IMG/VR virus record: IMGVR_UViG_3300035698_006802
Location: 34,703-98,702 of that record
Length of the DNA stretch: 64,000 nucleotides
Origin: a virus
Reading direction: 5' to 3' (one strand)
Part shown: positions 40,901 to 51,700 of the stretch, in pieces
Numbering within the stretch: the first letter of the stretch is position 1
How the letters are laid out: each line of letters begins with the position of its first letter
Notes under the pieces: generated by a model
Seen by the model: only the letters and a program-made list of their open reading frames with translations
What the model was told of the DNA's origin: nothing
The model's database searches: none
Position numbers and translations under genes: made by a program

Positions 40901-42010
40901 GGGGACTACAAGGACCTGGATTTGAGGGACGTGGTTTCCCGGATGAAGCCGGGGGAGGATGTGTTCAAGTTTGGTCGTCGGATAGAGCGAGAGGATCCGA
41001 TTCTCTTCCTTCAGGTGAGAAGCCTGCATGACAACCCCGCCTATAAGGGGTTCGGGCTCTATGACGTGTTCGGTGTGAAAGAGCATTTGGACGCGGGAAA
41101 GACTCCGAATGTCCGAGTGCCTTCAAGCCCCATTACGGGGTACGCTGCCAAGAATCCGGAAGAGGCCTTCTGTGAAGCCCTGGGCAAGCTCGTAGCCTGG
41201 GGTGCTCGGACGGTCCCGGACTCTGTGGTTTGGTTCATGCGCCGGATGCTCCCGAATTTGAAGTTGGGGTCCCGGGTCGCATCCCAGTACATCATGGTGA
41301 AGCGGGTCAGCACTCTCCATCAGGCTCGTGCCGTCAAGGCACGCATGAAGCAGGCAGGCTGGTGGCAGATCAACCCCGAGTCAGGCAGTGGTGGGATCTC
41401 ACGGGAGATCGAGAAGAAGGACATCCCAGAAGAAGACCGCAGGTACAATGGCGATGCACCAGCTGACATGGCGGGCGAGTTCATGGACAAGCTCGATCTG
41501 GTGTACCGCAGGGCATGGGGTCGTCCTGCGTCTGCATCCGAGCTAGACTCGGTGCTCCGGTTCGTGGGTCTCCCGAAGGAAGACCGCCCCCTCAACGGGT
41601 GGGTGGATGTGGTGGCAGAGGCAACAGGGATGTCCTGTCTGGCAATCGCCAACCTCCCCGAAGTTGAGCTAGAGAAGCTTCAAAGACACTGGCGGAACTA
41701 CCGCAACAGTGGCCTGCGGGCGGGTCTGATCAAATGCCCGGTTAGCATCAGTGCGGGCAACCCCTTCCCAGCCCCCGGGGATGAAGCTCTACAGGAATTT
41801 CTGGACGAGGCAACGCTCATCGTTAGGCACACTCTGACCGATGGCCTTCGCATGTACGGGATCGACCCTGATAAGGGTGGGTCCGCAGAGATTGCGGTGG
41901 GCATCGGAAGGCCCCACGAGATGTCTCTGGATGCTGTGAAGGGACCTCCCCTCCCTGACCACTTCCTGGATTCAATTGCCCCGGTACTGGATGAAGCGGT
42001 GAAGAAATGA
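37961..42010 (+). CDS. Polyvalent/polyprotein with two zincin-like metallopeptidase modules
   Basis: HELGH (38669) plus YSATSEKELFAE; HEMGH (40826) plus YAAKNPEEAFCE. TTG start inferred from RBS (ORF track gives 37934). Confidence 0.8.
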   Translation: MKQAADTAQMGKLEEAIEAFRGPLARAENDMFGWGRKVSPADYPSILQDIQTSGKRLDGLLDIQFENPDQALGLKKYLRRVKNLRKIIQKLLAARDWESLEEAIAGIRTKSKDLREKLWDYTGDVKAILRTFDTELEGTLNAGGFRVVMYRMGLADWDSDTVTRLQWILEETHKLLVKRGVGSVGKGTVFAFPTAKVPGSTGTLAWYRRSDDALTIAAGSNYFMNKNPKDILRTLVHELGHRAYYKLLTSKGRAAWGEFFEMSKGVPDVGGMVTRWEQFAQNSDPKRERRDRHFPYYLRDLRKRDPLEASWLSIVVDSLDLDGKEKLDRRHGLPTSASVAALDELVKRKGEVKVFMHPVTVYSATSEKELFAEVFSHYIVNGPRTIAPIVRDQFRRALPSMKAGAASSARVAAQVGTDTAEIYAIAPEMLYDIINDEKWVSWADAMWADGPPQGVIDGAVKPWDSMEQIIRQHGGAVFQTGGDGFFGVEVPEALREYGFEPPYGTDAFGEDPGMSERLAAKHLRAHSFPEYRGKSKQWLQKEWDRLEEEIHGVGYGPKPTNWVPRSVSNPELLERRNAIKTERGQQLWQRTFADAHRVTRIPQRKHRGLVERALQQGEKVPKAVLDDYPGLRRASTSGRVASRWLEAKKIPLNEATVIQFRKDFLMLMKNISKLNVNPQNLEVWRKAVRTWAERFELFGGQIREDLEGRIRQNKNKPEWDQAINIEWAQHYLDKMDPFWGLQWELRGPPYLNYKEPEPVKDIRDRLLDSPQYKGMDRGEAETKVDSYLEGAVYRGVIKTPETVMAEAWSDWEDTARKWAARTKGKARAAWKYLKDLVEWTERGGLYGGGSENIALTDAEVENITIEGFRVQFIGFSDAGEFTQSYLGTFKAGLGLYRKHAGKVLPWLIQHQLPLVVEWAGRSGSGDAAATYERNHIVLRYFGATSKPRRMAHTIAHEMGHHVWRTLLSRDQQKLWETFISGDYKDLDLRDVVSRMKPGEDVFKFGRRIEREDPILFLQVRSLHDNPAYKGFGLYDVFGVKEHLDAGKTPNVRVPSSPITGYAAKNPEEAFCEALGKLVAWGARTVPDSVVWFMRRMLPNLKLGSRVASQYIMVKRVSTLHQARAVKARMKQAGWWQINPESGSGGISREIEKKDIPEEDRRYNGDAPADMAGEFMDKLDLVYRRAWGRPASASELDSVLRFVGLPKEDRPLNGWVDVVAEATGMSCLAIANLPEVELEKLQRHWRNYRNSGLRAGLIKCPVSISAGNPFPAPGDEALQEFLDEATLIVRHTLTDGLRMYGIDPDKGGSAEIAVGIGRPHEMSLDAVKGPPLPDHFLDSIAPVLDEAVKK

Positions 42011-42783
42011 CGAACCCAGCAGATAAACTCGCAGCAAAGTGGCTACTGCAAGGCAACTCCGCACATGGGCGCTCCATCGCCTTGATGAAGTTTCTGTCGG
42101 GTGTTGCCCGTGGTCTCGGAGTTGCCAAGCACGTCTATGTCGTGGGTGGTGCGGTACGGAACTTCGTCCTGGACAAGCCCATCAAAGACATCGATGTCGT
42201 CATCGACTCCGTGGCCCTGGGAGGTCGAAAGGACTCCGACTGGTTCGCCAAGCAGGTGGTTCGGGGCATCCCCACAGCAGCAAACCTGACCACGAACCAG
42301 TACGGCGTTGCTATCATCACGATCAAGGGCCCCTGGGATCTCGAAGGCAACGACATGAAGGGTGAGGTGATCGAGATCGCCAACGCCCGTACAGAATCCT
42401 ATGGGGGAGCAGCAGGAAAGGGCTACAAGCCGTCTGAAGTGGTTCCCGCAACCATTGAACAGGACACCGTTCGTAGAGAATTTACGTTCAACACACTGCT
42501 CTGGCGGCTCCTAGACCTCACCAACGGTCCCGAGAAGGCGGAGATCATTGACCTGACAGGGTGCGGGCTCCGTGACCTCCAGAACATGGAGATGCACTGC
42601 CCCAGGGACCCGAACATCGTGTTCTCGGATGACCCTGTGCGTATGCTCAGGGCAATTCGTTTTTGTGTGGAGTATGGTTTTAACATCCCCCCGGATGTTG
42701 AGGGTGCCATCAGGAGAAATGCCCACAAGCTTAAAAATGTCCCTTGGGAATCGGTTGCTGCACAACTTATGCGGGTGTTGTGA
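42007..42783 (+). CDS. Class II CCA-adding/poly(A) polymerase nucleotidyltransferase, N-terminal part
   Basis: YVVGGAVRN, KDIDVV, EIANARTESY, D..RREFTFN, DDPVRMLRAIRF. Confidence 0.9.
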   Translation: MTNPADKLAAKWLLQGNSAHGRSIALMKFLSGVARGLGVAKHVYVVGGAVRNFVLDKPIKDIDVVIDSVALGGRKDSDWFAKQVVRGIPTAANLTTNQYGVAIITIKGPWDLEGNDMKGEVIEIANARTESYGGAAGKGYKPSEVVPATIEQDTVRREFTFNTLLWRLLDLTNGPEKAEIIDLTGCGLRDLQNMEMHCPRDPNIVFSDDPVRMLRAIRFCVEYGFNIPPDVEGAIRRNAHKLKNVPWESVAAQLMRVL

Positions 42784-43835
42784 TGGGGCATCAGCGTTGG
42801 ACACCAGAAGAGGATGAAATCTTGAATTCTGGTTGGTGCCGAGACGAGGGTGCACTTGTTTGTGAGGATATAGCTCTTCAGCTTAATCGGAGTGTTGGTT
42901 CTGTTGTGGGGCGTAAGAACACATTGCGTTTGAGGAGGTCCCCCGCATATGTGCACAGCATTCGTTCTGCACAGTGCAAAGGTTGGGGCAACCCAAATGC
43001 TTCCTGGACTCTAGAGGAAGCATTGCTGTTGAAGCAGTTATGGGAGGTGGAGGGGTTATCTAAATATGAAGTGGCAGAGAGGATGCCAGAACACACCCCG
43101 GTGGCTATCGGTGTCAAGGCTAAAAGGCTTGGGTTGACACACACGCATGAACAGTTCCTTGAGGTGTGTCGTCGGGCATCCTTGGGGGGGAAGAATGGTA
43201 TGCGCGGGAAGGGTTACCTTATCCAGGGAATTCCGAAGTCCGAAGACACCAAAAAGAAGTTGAGAGAGTCTGCGTTGCAAGGGTACAAAGATGGTGTGCG
43301 GAAAAAACTCCTTGGTCCTTTGAACCCTGTTTATGGGAAGCCCGCTTCAAATAGGGGAGTGCCAATGTCTCAATCGGGTAAAGAGGTGTTGAGCCAGAAG
43401 GCAAAGGAGAGGTGGAGAAACCTTTCTCCTAAAAAGAAACAAGAGAAAATTCAACAGCTTCGGAGTGGGTGGGCAGATTGGGGTCGTGGGTGCCCTTCTG
43501 GCATTGAGGTCATGGTTGAGGGATGGCTCAACAAGATGAAGTTGGGCTACTCCTCACAGGTTCAAATCGGATTTTACATTGTGGACTTCCTAATTGGCAG
43601 TGTTGTGGTTGAGTGTCATGGGGACTACTGGCATGCTAACCCCGCTGTCTACAGCTCGTTAGACACAACTCAAAAAGCTAACCGACGCAGAGACAACAGT
43701 AAGAGAACTTATCTGCGAAATAGGAATTACATACTGGTGGAGTTGTGGGGTTCCGATATTCGTGGTGAGCCTAAGATATGCCAGGATCGGATCCTAGAGG
43801 CGTGCTTAGAAGACTCTGTGGGGGGTGTGTTGTGA
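42783..43835 (+). mobile_element. Free-standing homing endonuclease-like gene (Myb-like repeats, NUMOD3-like region, Vsr/DUF559 nuclease)
   Basis: WTPEED/WTLEEA repeats; KSEDTKKKL..NPVYGK; PSGIE..YIVDF..VECHGDYWH..RD. AT-richer than its flanks. Confidence 0.85.
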
Positions 43836-45589
43836 AAAAACCTCGGGAAGCACTCAAGCTGATGAAGAAGCTGGGTCTTCTGGATGTGGTGGCAGAGATG
43901 GTGCAGGAGCAGAAACCCTTTGCAAGCTACCTGTCCGGGAAGCTGTCGAAGGGTCAGAACGTCCAAGTGCTCCTCGATCTCATGGACTTGGGGCTCTCGG
44001 TCAGGTCTCCCATCTCATTCCTGAGTCGCATCCAGCAGGAACGGCTCAGGGAGATCACAGTCCCCATGCCCTCGGGTGAGGCTGACAAGTTTCTGGCAGC
44101 ACTCAAGAAGCCCCCTCTCGACAACCGGGCTCTGATTCAGAAGTTCAACATCCCGAAGCAGGAGCGGGGGGCACTTTCTGCTACTGCCCGCGCAGTGCTC
44201 TTGGAGAATCCCGAAATGGCTACCAACCCCTCCATGCTCCAACGTCTCGTGGAGCGCCAGATGTCTCGCCAATTTCGATTGGCAGCCCAACGGCTAAACC
44301 CGGACACTTTGAAAGTGTTGAAACAGATGGGTATTGCACCTGGTGTTCTGGATGGTGCCGCAAGTCGGGTGTCTCTGGACTTCCAGAACCAGGACATTTC
44401 GTATCGGAATCTGCATGAGTACATGACATCCCACGGCTACACAAAAGCCCCGTTGTACAAGACACCTAAGCGGGCAAAGGAAGCTTCAGGTGGTAAGATC
44501 CCTGGGGGTCTTGCAGAGGAGGAAGGCAAGAAGCCTTCGGATTTCGACGCCAAGGAACTGGCGATGGGCATGAAGGTGGAGCAGGAGCATTTGATCGGTG
44601 GTGACCACACCAAAGCCGAGATGGATGCCATGTCGCAAGAGATTGCGATGGACCACCTCACCGAAATCGGGGACTACTACACCCGGCTCAAGAAGATGGA
44701 AGACGAGGCAGAAGCAGAAGGGAAGACCGCTGCTGTCCTCGACGTTATCTGGGTTGTGGAAGACCCGAACGAAAGCTCGGAGATTGGTGACATCATCTGG
44801 GGGACCTCGGACAAGCACCAGTTCGCCAATGTGATCCTGGGCGCTAACCAATGGGCACGCCGCAATCCTGAGTTTCACACGGATGTCCAGTCTGCCCGAA
44901 AGGATGCCCTGGAACGCCTCAAGAAACTTTGGCGGGGCGATGTCCCCGAATGGGTGTTGGAGAGTGGCAACCCTCGCAATTTCCGGCTCGCCTCTGCTGA
45001 GGACGGCAAGTCCACAGGAAACGGCACGGGTGTGGGTTTGTTTATCCCAATCCCCGATCCCCTGGCATCAGAGTACCCGAGCCTGGGAGGCGAAGACAAG
45101 AGCCCCCCACACGTCACCTTGCTCTATGTGGGAGAGGTCACGAAGGCCCGTCAATCGAAATTCCTGGAAGTGCTCAGTGCTGTCCTGGGGAACGAGCGGG
45201 GTCCAATCCGAGCATGGACGGATGGGGTCGACCACTTTGACCATCCCGAAAAGAACCGACAGGTGTTCTACACACCCATTCGGTTCTCCAGGGATATGGG
45301 TCAACTCCGTGATCGCCTCCGCTCCACGCTTGTGGAAGCAGGTTTCGATGTCCAAGACAGCTTCCCGCTGGCATACAACTCCCACACGACCCTCACTTAT
45401 GTGGAGGGTCTGGACAACAGGTACGAGGGCACAGTCCCGAACGGTGCCTGGGAATTCAGCTCGATCCCCGTGTGGGGCCTTCCTCAGGATCACGACATTC
45501 CCCTCGGGACATTCGAGCAGCATCAGACGACCATGCTTGATCGTCAGGAGCTTGGGCTGTTCGGGGGCTGGGACTTCCTGGGGGACTGA
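43832..45589 (+). CDS. Polyprotein: nucleotidyltransferase C-terminal part, DUF5661-like domain, 2H phosphoesterase
   Basis: GTG start in GTGA overlap; KPREALKLMKKLGLL; GMKVEQEH..EIAMDHL.E..DYYTRL; PHVTL (45110) and SHTTL (45383). Confidence 0.8.
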   Translation: MKKPREALKLMKKLGLLDVVAEMVQEQKPFASYLSGKLSKGQNVQVLLDLMDLGLSVRSPISFLSRIQQERLREITVPMPSGEADKFLAALKKPPLDNRALIQKFNIPKQERGALSATARAVLLENPEMATNPSMLQRLVERQMSRQFRLAAQRLNPDTLKVLKQMGIAPGVLDGAASRVSLDFQNQDISYRNLHEYMTSHGYTKAPLYKTPKRAKEASGGKIPGGLAEEEGKKPSDFDAKELAMGMKVEQEHLIGGDHTKAEMDAMSQEIAMDHLTEIGDYYTRLKKMEDEAEAEGKTAAVLDVIWVVEDPNESSEIGDIIWGTSDKHQFANVILGANQWARRNPEFHTDVQSARKDALERLKKLWRGDVPEWVLESGNPRNFRLASAEDGKSTGNGTGVGLFIPIPDPLASEYPSLGGEDKSPPHVTLLYVGEVTKARQSKFLEVLSAVLGNERGPIRAWTDGVDHFDHPEKNRQVFYTPIRFSRDMGQLRDRLRSTLVEAGFDVQDSFPLAYNSHTTLTYVEGLDNRYEGTVPNGAWEFSSIPVWGLPQDHDIPLGTFEQHQTTMLDRQELGLFGGWDFLGD

Positions 45590-45653
45590 AGATCAGGCTT
45601 GTGCTGAAGACCCGAAAACCGCTAGCATCAGTAGTTGCAGAAAGTTGGTTGGG

Positions 45654-45668
45654 CGGTAGCTAGGCTAT
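45654..45668 (+). promoter_or_regulatory. Class B motif (cggta-gctagg-ctat)
   Basis: Intergenic, perfect consensus. Confidence 0.6.
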
Positions 45669-45702
45669 CTGTCCCGTGTGACAGGAAGCCCAGAGGCCCA
45701 TC

Positions 45703-48700
45703 TTGACCAAGAAAATCACGGCTGACGATGCCCCGGAAACCTATGATTTCTACCCGAGTCTCAGAGATGAGGTGGGGTTGCTTGTCCAGGGCCTGCAACG
45801 TGTCCCTGAAGACCAGTGGCGTGCTCACGTTCAGGATTGGGTGAAGACCCATGAGCTGTTGGGAACCCTCTACCGGCACGACGAGACTCTCTGGCGCAAG
45901 GCCTTGGGTGAGTTCCTCGTGGAGATCAAGAGGCAGATCAATGTTTCCGGCATGGATTCCCTCAAGGTGGCAGCAGAGGATGAGTCCGAGCTACTTCCCA
46001 TCATGGATCCCGCCTACAACCTCCGTGAGATCTGCAAGCAACTCATCCTCCTGGAAGACCACCTGTTCCACCCCCGGAAGCGGTGCCCCGATTGCATCCG
46101 CAAGCATCTGCTTACGTCTGAGGCTCTGGCTGAGGAAGCAGTCACTCTGGATACCGAAGGCAAGCACACAGACAGCACCGACGGGTTGGCAGATGACCTC
46201 CGTGAAGTGTGGCGTGCTGTACAGGAAGACGCACCCTTTGAGGAAGTTGCCCAGAACGTCAGGGTGCTTCGAAAAGGGCTCGTGTCGGAATGCTACTCCG
46301 TCAAGGTCGCTGCATGGATCGATGCTGGGGACTCCGACAGCAGCCCACATGGGGGTTGCCCCCACCGGGTGGCTGACAGGGTCGCCAAGAATTTCAAGCT
46401 CGATGTGGGGATGCCTATCCTCTATGGCAAGTACAAGAACAAGAAGGGGCTGATCAAGGGCTTCAAGACAGGTCCCAAGGGCGATCCCATTGTGATCATC
46501 GGACAGGTGCCCAACGATTCGGGGAAGAAGCAGGACAAGGAAGTCAAGCTGTTCAAGGTTCGCTATGACAAGGCCAGGGCGGATGCACAGAAGAAGAAAG
46601 CATCCGAGTTCCCGGTACATTCCTCCTACCCGTACTTCTCTCGCACCCTGTACAGGGGCAAGAGTGCGTCCTGCGATAACACGCAGGACTTCATTCAGGA
46701 CCTAAAGGACGGCAAGGCAAGTGCCCTCAGACAGGCAGCCCTGACCCTTGCAGAGCACCCGGAGCTAATGGGCTTCCGGGGTGTGGTGACTCCGGCTCCA
46801 CGCTCCAACGTGGACCGCAACTCCCTCCTGGTGTTTGCGGAGACACTCGTGCAAGCAGGTGTGGGCTCCCGTGCAGAGCTGTTGGTTAGCCGGCAGACTC
46901 CTGTGGAATCCTCCCGCTCTCGACGCCACCAGGGGCTCCCTGGAGTCACTGTCGAGGAACATGTGCAAAGCATGGGTGTCACCGGAGAGGTTGACCCCGA
47001 AGATGATGTGCTCGTGCTGGACGACATCTTCACCACCGGAACCACCCTGGACGCAATTGCCACGACGCTGCGTCGTGGGGGGCACACAGGGCGCATCCTC
47101 GGGGCAACCGCTGGCTACACGGTCATGGATTCATCCAAGATAGGCTGGTGTCCTGTACACCACATCACCTTGTCCCCAGGTCAGGGGATGGCAGGGGATG
47201 GGAACGTCAAGGTTGGCAGGGATAGCCAGTACCAGAGGGATGTGAAGCACGGTGAACGGCACCTGCGGGATGCTGTCGCAGAATTCAAGCGGGTGGTGCG
47301 AGATCTGAAGCCCCTCGCAGATGAGGCAAAGAGTCAGTTCCCGGGCACGGACAAGCAGTCACGGCAGCGTCGTGCTCGTGCGTTCACAAAGCTCGTGAAG
47401 GGCCACCCTCGCATGGTGAGCTACCTGGACGAGTACATCGGGACGAACAACCAGGACCCGAAGGCATACTCCTGGCGTAATGCTGTGGTCTACGCAGCAC
47501 GGGATTACCTTGTGGGTGGTGAGAGCCTGCAGGATGTCATCGAGGGTGTGGGAAGACAAGCTCTCAAGGGCTACCAAGCCATCGCTATGTCGGAGGCACA
47601 GGCACCCCTCAGAGAGAACATCCCAGAGGAGATCCGTGCGTTTCTCCCCAAGAACATCGTAGTCGAGGCAGATGACTCAGGGAACATTCGCAAGATCACC
47701 GACCGCTTCGAGAATGCCAAGCTGACCCTCGATGCAAAGATCAAGAGGATGCACCTGCTGGTGCGCGCGTACAACAAAATCGCCAAGCGCGTGAAGAAGG
47801 ACTTGAAGTCCTCCGATGAGATGATCCAGCTCTCTGCCCTCATCACTGCAATCATCATGGAGACCGGCATCCGACCTGGAAGGTTCGGGAATCATGTAGT
47901 GCGTACCGATGATGGGAACTCCTTTGATGTGGAGACCTTCGGAGCAATCACCCTGGGCCCGAAGCACATCCGGTTCATCAAAGACAACTTCACAGAGTTG
48001 GAATTCCTGGGGAAGAAGGGTGGCGTCAACACCGCTCACCTGTCCGATGCACAGGTGTCCAAGATCCTTCAGGGCTATGTGGACAAGGCACTCAGCCAGG
48101 GTTCCTCCTACGTCTTCGTTACAGCAGACGGGAGACGGTTCACCTACATCGATTTGCAACGGTACTTCCGAGCAAACTTCAAGGGTGTTGCTCCCACAGA
48201 CTTTCGCAAGCTGCGTGCAACCCAAGAGGTCCTCGAAGCTCTGCGTGAGGAGCAGGAAGGGCTTTACATTCGAATCCGCTCCTTCATCAAACAGGAGAAG
48301 GCAGACCTCCAACAGCGTGTGGTGGATGCCATCGTGGAGACCCTGGAGCTTGCCATTGGGCGTGCCCAGGGGGCACTCTCACACGATTCTGGTGCAACTA
48401 CTCTCCGGTCGTACATCAACCCCGAGATCATGTTCCGCTTCCTGTCACAGGGTCGCGTGGGTGACACCCTCGACAAGGCCCTTCTGGATGGTGGTTTGCG
48501 ACTGTCATTCGACCCACAGAAGTTCATGGATGTCGCCCTGGCACAAGGGAAGGCCGCATCTGATCGGACAGGGACCACTCTCCGCGAGCTGATGGAAGGT
48601 CTTGAGGACGACATTGGCAGCGGTGCCGTTCGGTTGGCATCTCGGTACACCGGCGGGGTCGGGATCGATGAGTACAAGACAGCTGCAAGCCATTGTCCCT

Positions 48701-51700
48701 TGCGAAATGATGCCTTTGGTGGGATGTTCGGCGGCGGTGTCATCCTCCCGTACACCGAGTTCGCCATCGGTGCCTCAAGAATCGTAGAGGCGACCCACTG
48801 TCTTCTGGGATCTCTCGGGGAGGCAGCAACGTCTCTCGGCAAGCGCCCGGAGTGGGGTGTGGACAAAGCCATCAAATACGAGATGGCCCACATCAAAGAG
48901 GAGTTGGGGATCATCAAGAAGGTCCTCGGAGAGTACAGCCGGGACATCTACACGAACATGATCAATTCTCCCTGGGAAGGGAGAGAGCAGGATGCCGCGG
49001 ACACCGTGAAGGCAATCCTCAAGGCGGCCCCGAAGCTGGAGAAGCGTGCCCTTGCCAAGGCGGGTGAACTGAAGCAGCAGAAGGACATCCCCGACAAGAT
49101 CATGGTCGCGGCTTTGGCTGCATACCGTGTTGTCGAGGAGCTAGCATATGCTCTCCACAAAGCAGTGGCCCGGTACCCTGACCGCCCTGTGACGAGCCCC
49201 TACTCTGACCCCGCACTCGTTCGAGCAGTCACCAAGTTGGAGCAAAGTGTTTCCCGACTGAAGCAGGCAGATCAAACTGCAGAAGGCCGCCTTGCAGCCA
49301 AGTTCCAAAAGAAGAAGGAAGTCCCGAAGGCAGACGGCAAGGGCACCACAACGGTCTATGAGTACACCGAGGGGCAGATTCAGCATCGCAACAGGGAAAA
49401 GGCAAAGAAGATCGAGAAGCTGAGCCAGGGAATTGGCAAGCTCCGTTCCCAGGTGAAGAAGGACCTCACGTCGAAGGATGCACAAACCCGACTCACAGCC
49501 CTTGCTGTGGCCCTGATGGATGAGACCTTTGAGCGTGTGGGTAACGAAGCCTCTGCCAAGGACGGTCACTACGGGGTGACCAACTGGGAGGTTGGGCACG
49601 TGTCCGTCAGCGGTGGAAAAGCCACCGTGTCCTACACAGGCAAGTCCGGTGTAGACCAAAAGAAGGAGGTCACCACCCCCGCAGTGCTCAAGGCACTCAA
49701 GGCAGCACTCAAGGGAAAGGGAAAGAAGGAGCAGGTGCTCTGTGAGGGTGATGAGTGCAACATCCTCGCCACAGACGTGAACGTCTACCTCAAGCCCTTC
49801 AATATCACGGCCAAGGACATCCGAGGGCTCCATGCCAACGAGGAGATGCGGTCACGCCTCAAGGCTGTCCGGTCGGAGGGTGGCAAGCTCCCGGGGGACA
49901 AGAAAGAGCGTGACAAGAAGCTCAAGGAGGAATTCCAGAGCGCCCTGGAAGATGCCGCCGCTGCTGTGGGGCATGAGGCTGCTACTCTGAAGTCCCAGTA
50001 CCTCGTACCAGGAATGGAGGACAACTACATCGGTGACGGCACTGTCATGGACAAGCTCGACAAGACCGCCTCACAGGACGATGGCCCTTATGGTGTGCGG
50101 TGTCCTGTGTGCGGGGAACCCGCAACGAGCAGCTGCCGTTGCATGACAGGTGAGAAGTCCTGTGGCAATGGGACCTGGGTACGCTGCCCTGTCCACGATG
50201 TGGTGGTGGTCTTGCGTCCAGGGGCAAACACCCATGCTCTGCCTCACCCCTCATGCCTCTGTGGCCTTGGGGATCCTCCTTCTCGCACAGCAAATCTGTT
50301 CCGGGACTGGTTCGAGGTGTCCACCCCCGAGAAGGGCAAGACTGCGTCAAGCCACCTGCCCGAACCTTCAAAGATCGTCGCCAAGGCAGACGGTTCTCTG
50401 CTTACGATGCAGGAGTTTGCTGTCCTCGCCGCACGAAGGGTGCGGGAAGCCCTTCGGACAGCAACCAAGACCCACTCCGAGAAGGAAGACGAGGAAGCAG
50501 ACAAGGTGGTGAAGCGGGATCCCCCGAAGTTGCCCCCCAGAAAGGATCTCCGCAACCGGCTCCAGAGTCCTGAGGATGACAAGGATCCTGACAGCAAGCA
50601 GGACAAGAAAGACCAGTCCCAGAACTACAAGGACAGCTCTGTCTCCCTGACCACTTACCGACAGATGCTCGGTCAAGAGGAAGTGGTGGACGAAGACGAG
50701 CCCGCTAAGAAAAAGAAGGGCCCCCCTCCCGGTTGGGACAAGTTCTTGGCTGAGGTCTACGACAAGGGAAAGAAGAAGGTCCCGAACACGAACCCTGACA
50801 CCAGGGACAAGAAGCCCGAAGTGGCGATGAGCACCCTGTTCAAGTCGGACAAGAGTTTCCAGAGCAAGGTGTACAAGGAGTACACCGCTTGGGCAAAGGA
50901 CCAGAAGGACGAAGGCACCGGGGGTGGGGGTGCTGCTCCTGCTGAAGAAGATGAGGGGAAGAAGACCCCGGGGAAATCTGATGAGGAGCAAGAGGCAGAC
51001 CTAGCAGAAACTGCTAAGACTGAGTTTTCATCTTTCAAGGGGGAGAACCCGGACACCCTGCTCACCATGGACGATTTCAAAAACATCCTGATGGAGCAGA
51101 CCACAGACCCTGATCTGGCGGAAGGTGCTGACAGTGAGGGTGCTGCTGAACAACGACAGGAAGCTCTCAAGAAATTGGATGAGGGCAAGGCAACCAAGGG
51201 CAAGGAGAAATCCCTTCAGAAGCTCGTGAAAAAGACACTGTCTCACACAATGAAGCTCATGAAGAAAAAGACCATCCCGAAGGCATTTAGGGATGACCTT
51301 GCAGAGCGGGTTGGGGCGATGTCTGAGGGGGAGCGTGAGGAGTTTTCCCAGGCATTTGAACAGGGTATTGACGATGTTGCTGGTACGAAAGCCACCGGGA
51401 AGGCTGCAGTACACCAAGCACGCACAGCTCTTGGGGTGGATCTCAATCGGCTGGGCAGTGCCCAGGAAGTGGGAAGGGCACTAGCCAATGCCCTTTGGGC
51501 TGATCAGATTGTGTTCCAGCCTCCGGATATCCCGAAGGAAGCAACAGACCGTGAAGTCAAACAGGCCATGTATGAGACCTGTGCGTCCATGACTCCCGAC
51601 GAGTTGAAGCGTGTGGCAGGTAATCTGGCAAAGAAGTGGTCGGATCTTGAGGATAAGGAGCTAGGGGAGCGCCTGACAACGGGTGCCTACCAAGGGATGG

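Noticed and set aside
42783-43835. Group I intron, intein or IS with target duplication
   Set aside because: The insert is wholly coding and out of frame with no splice motifs; deleting between the two GTGTTGTGA copies still leaves a stop; no transposase or inverted repeats
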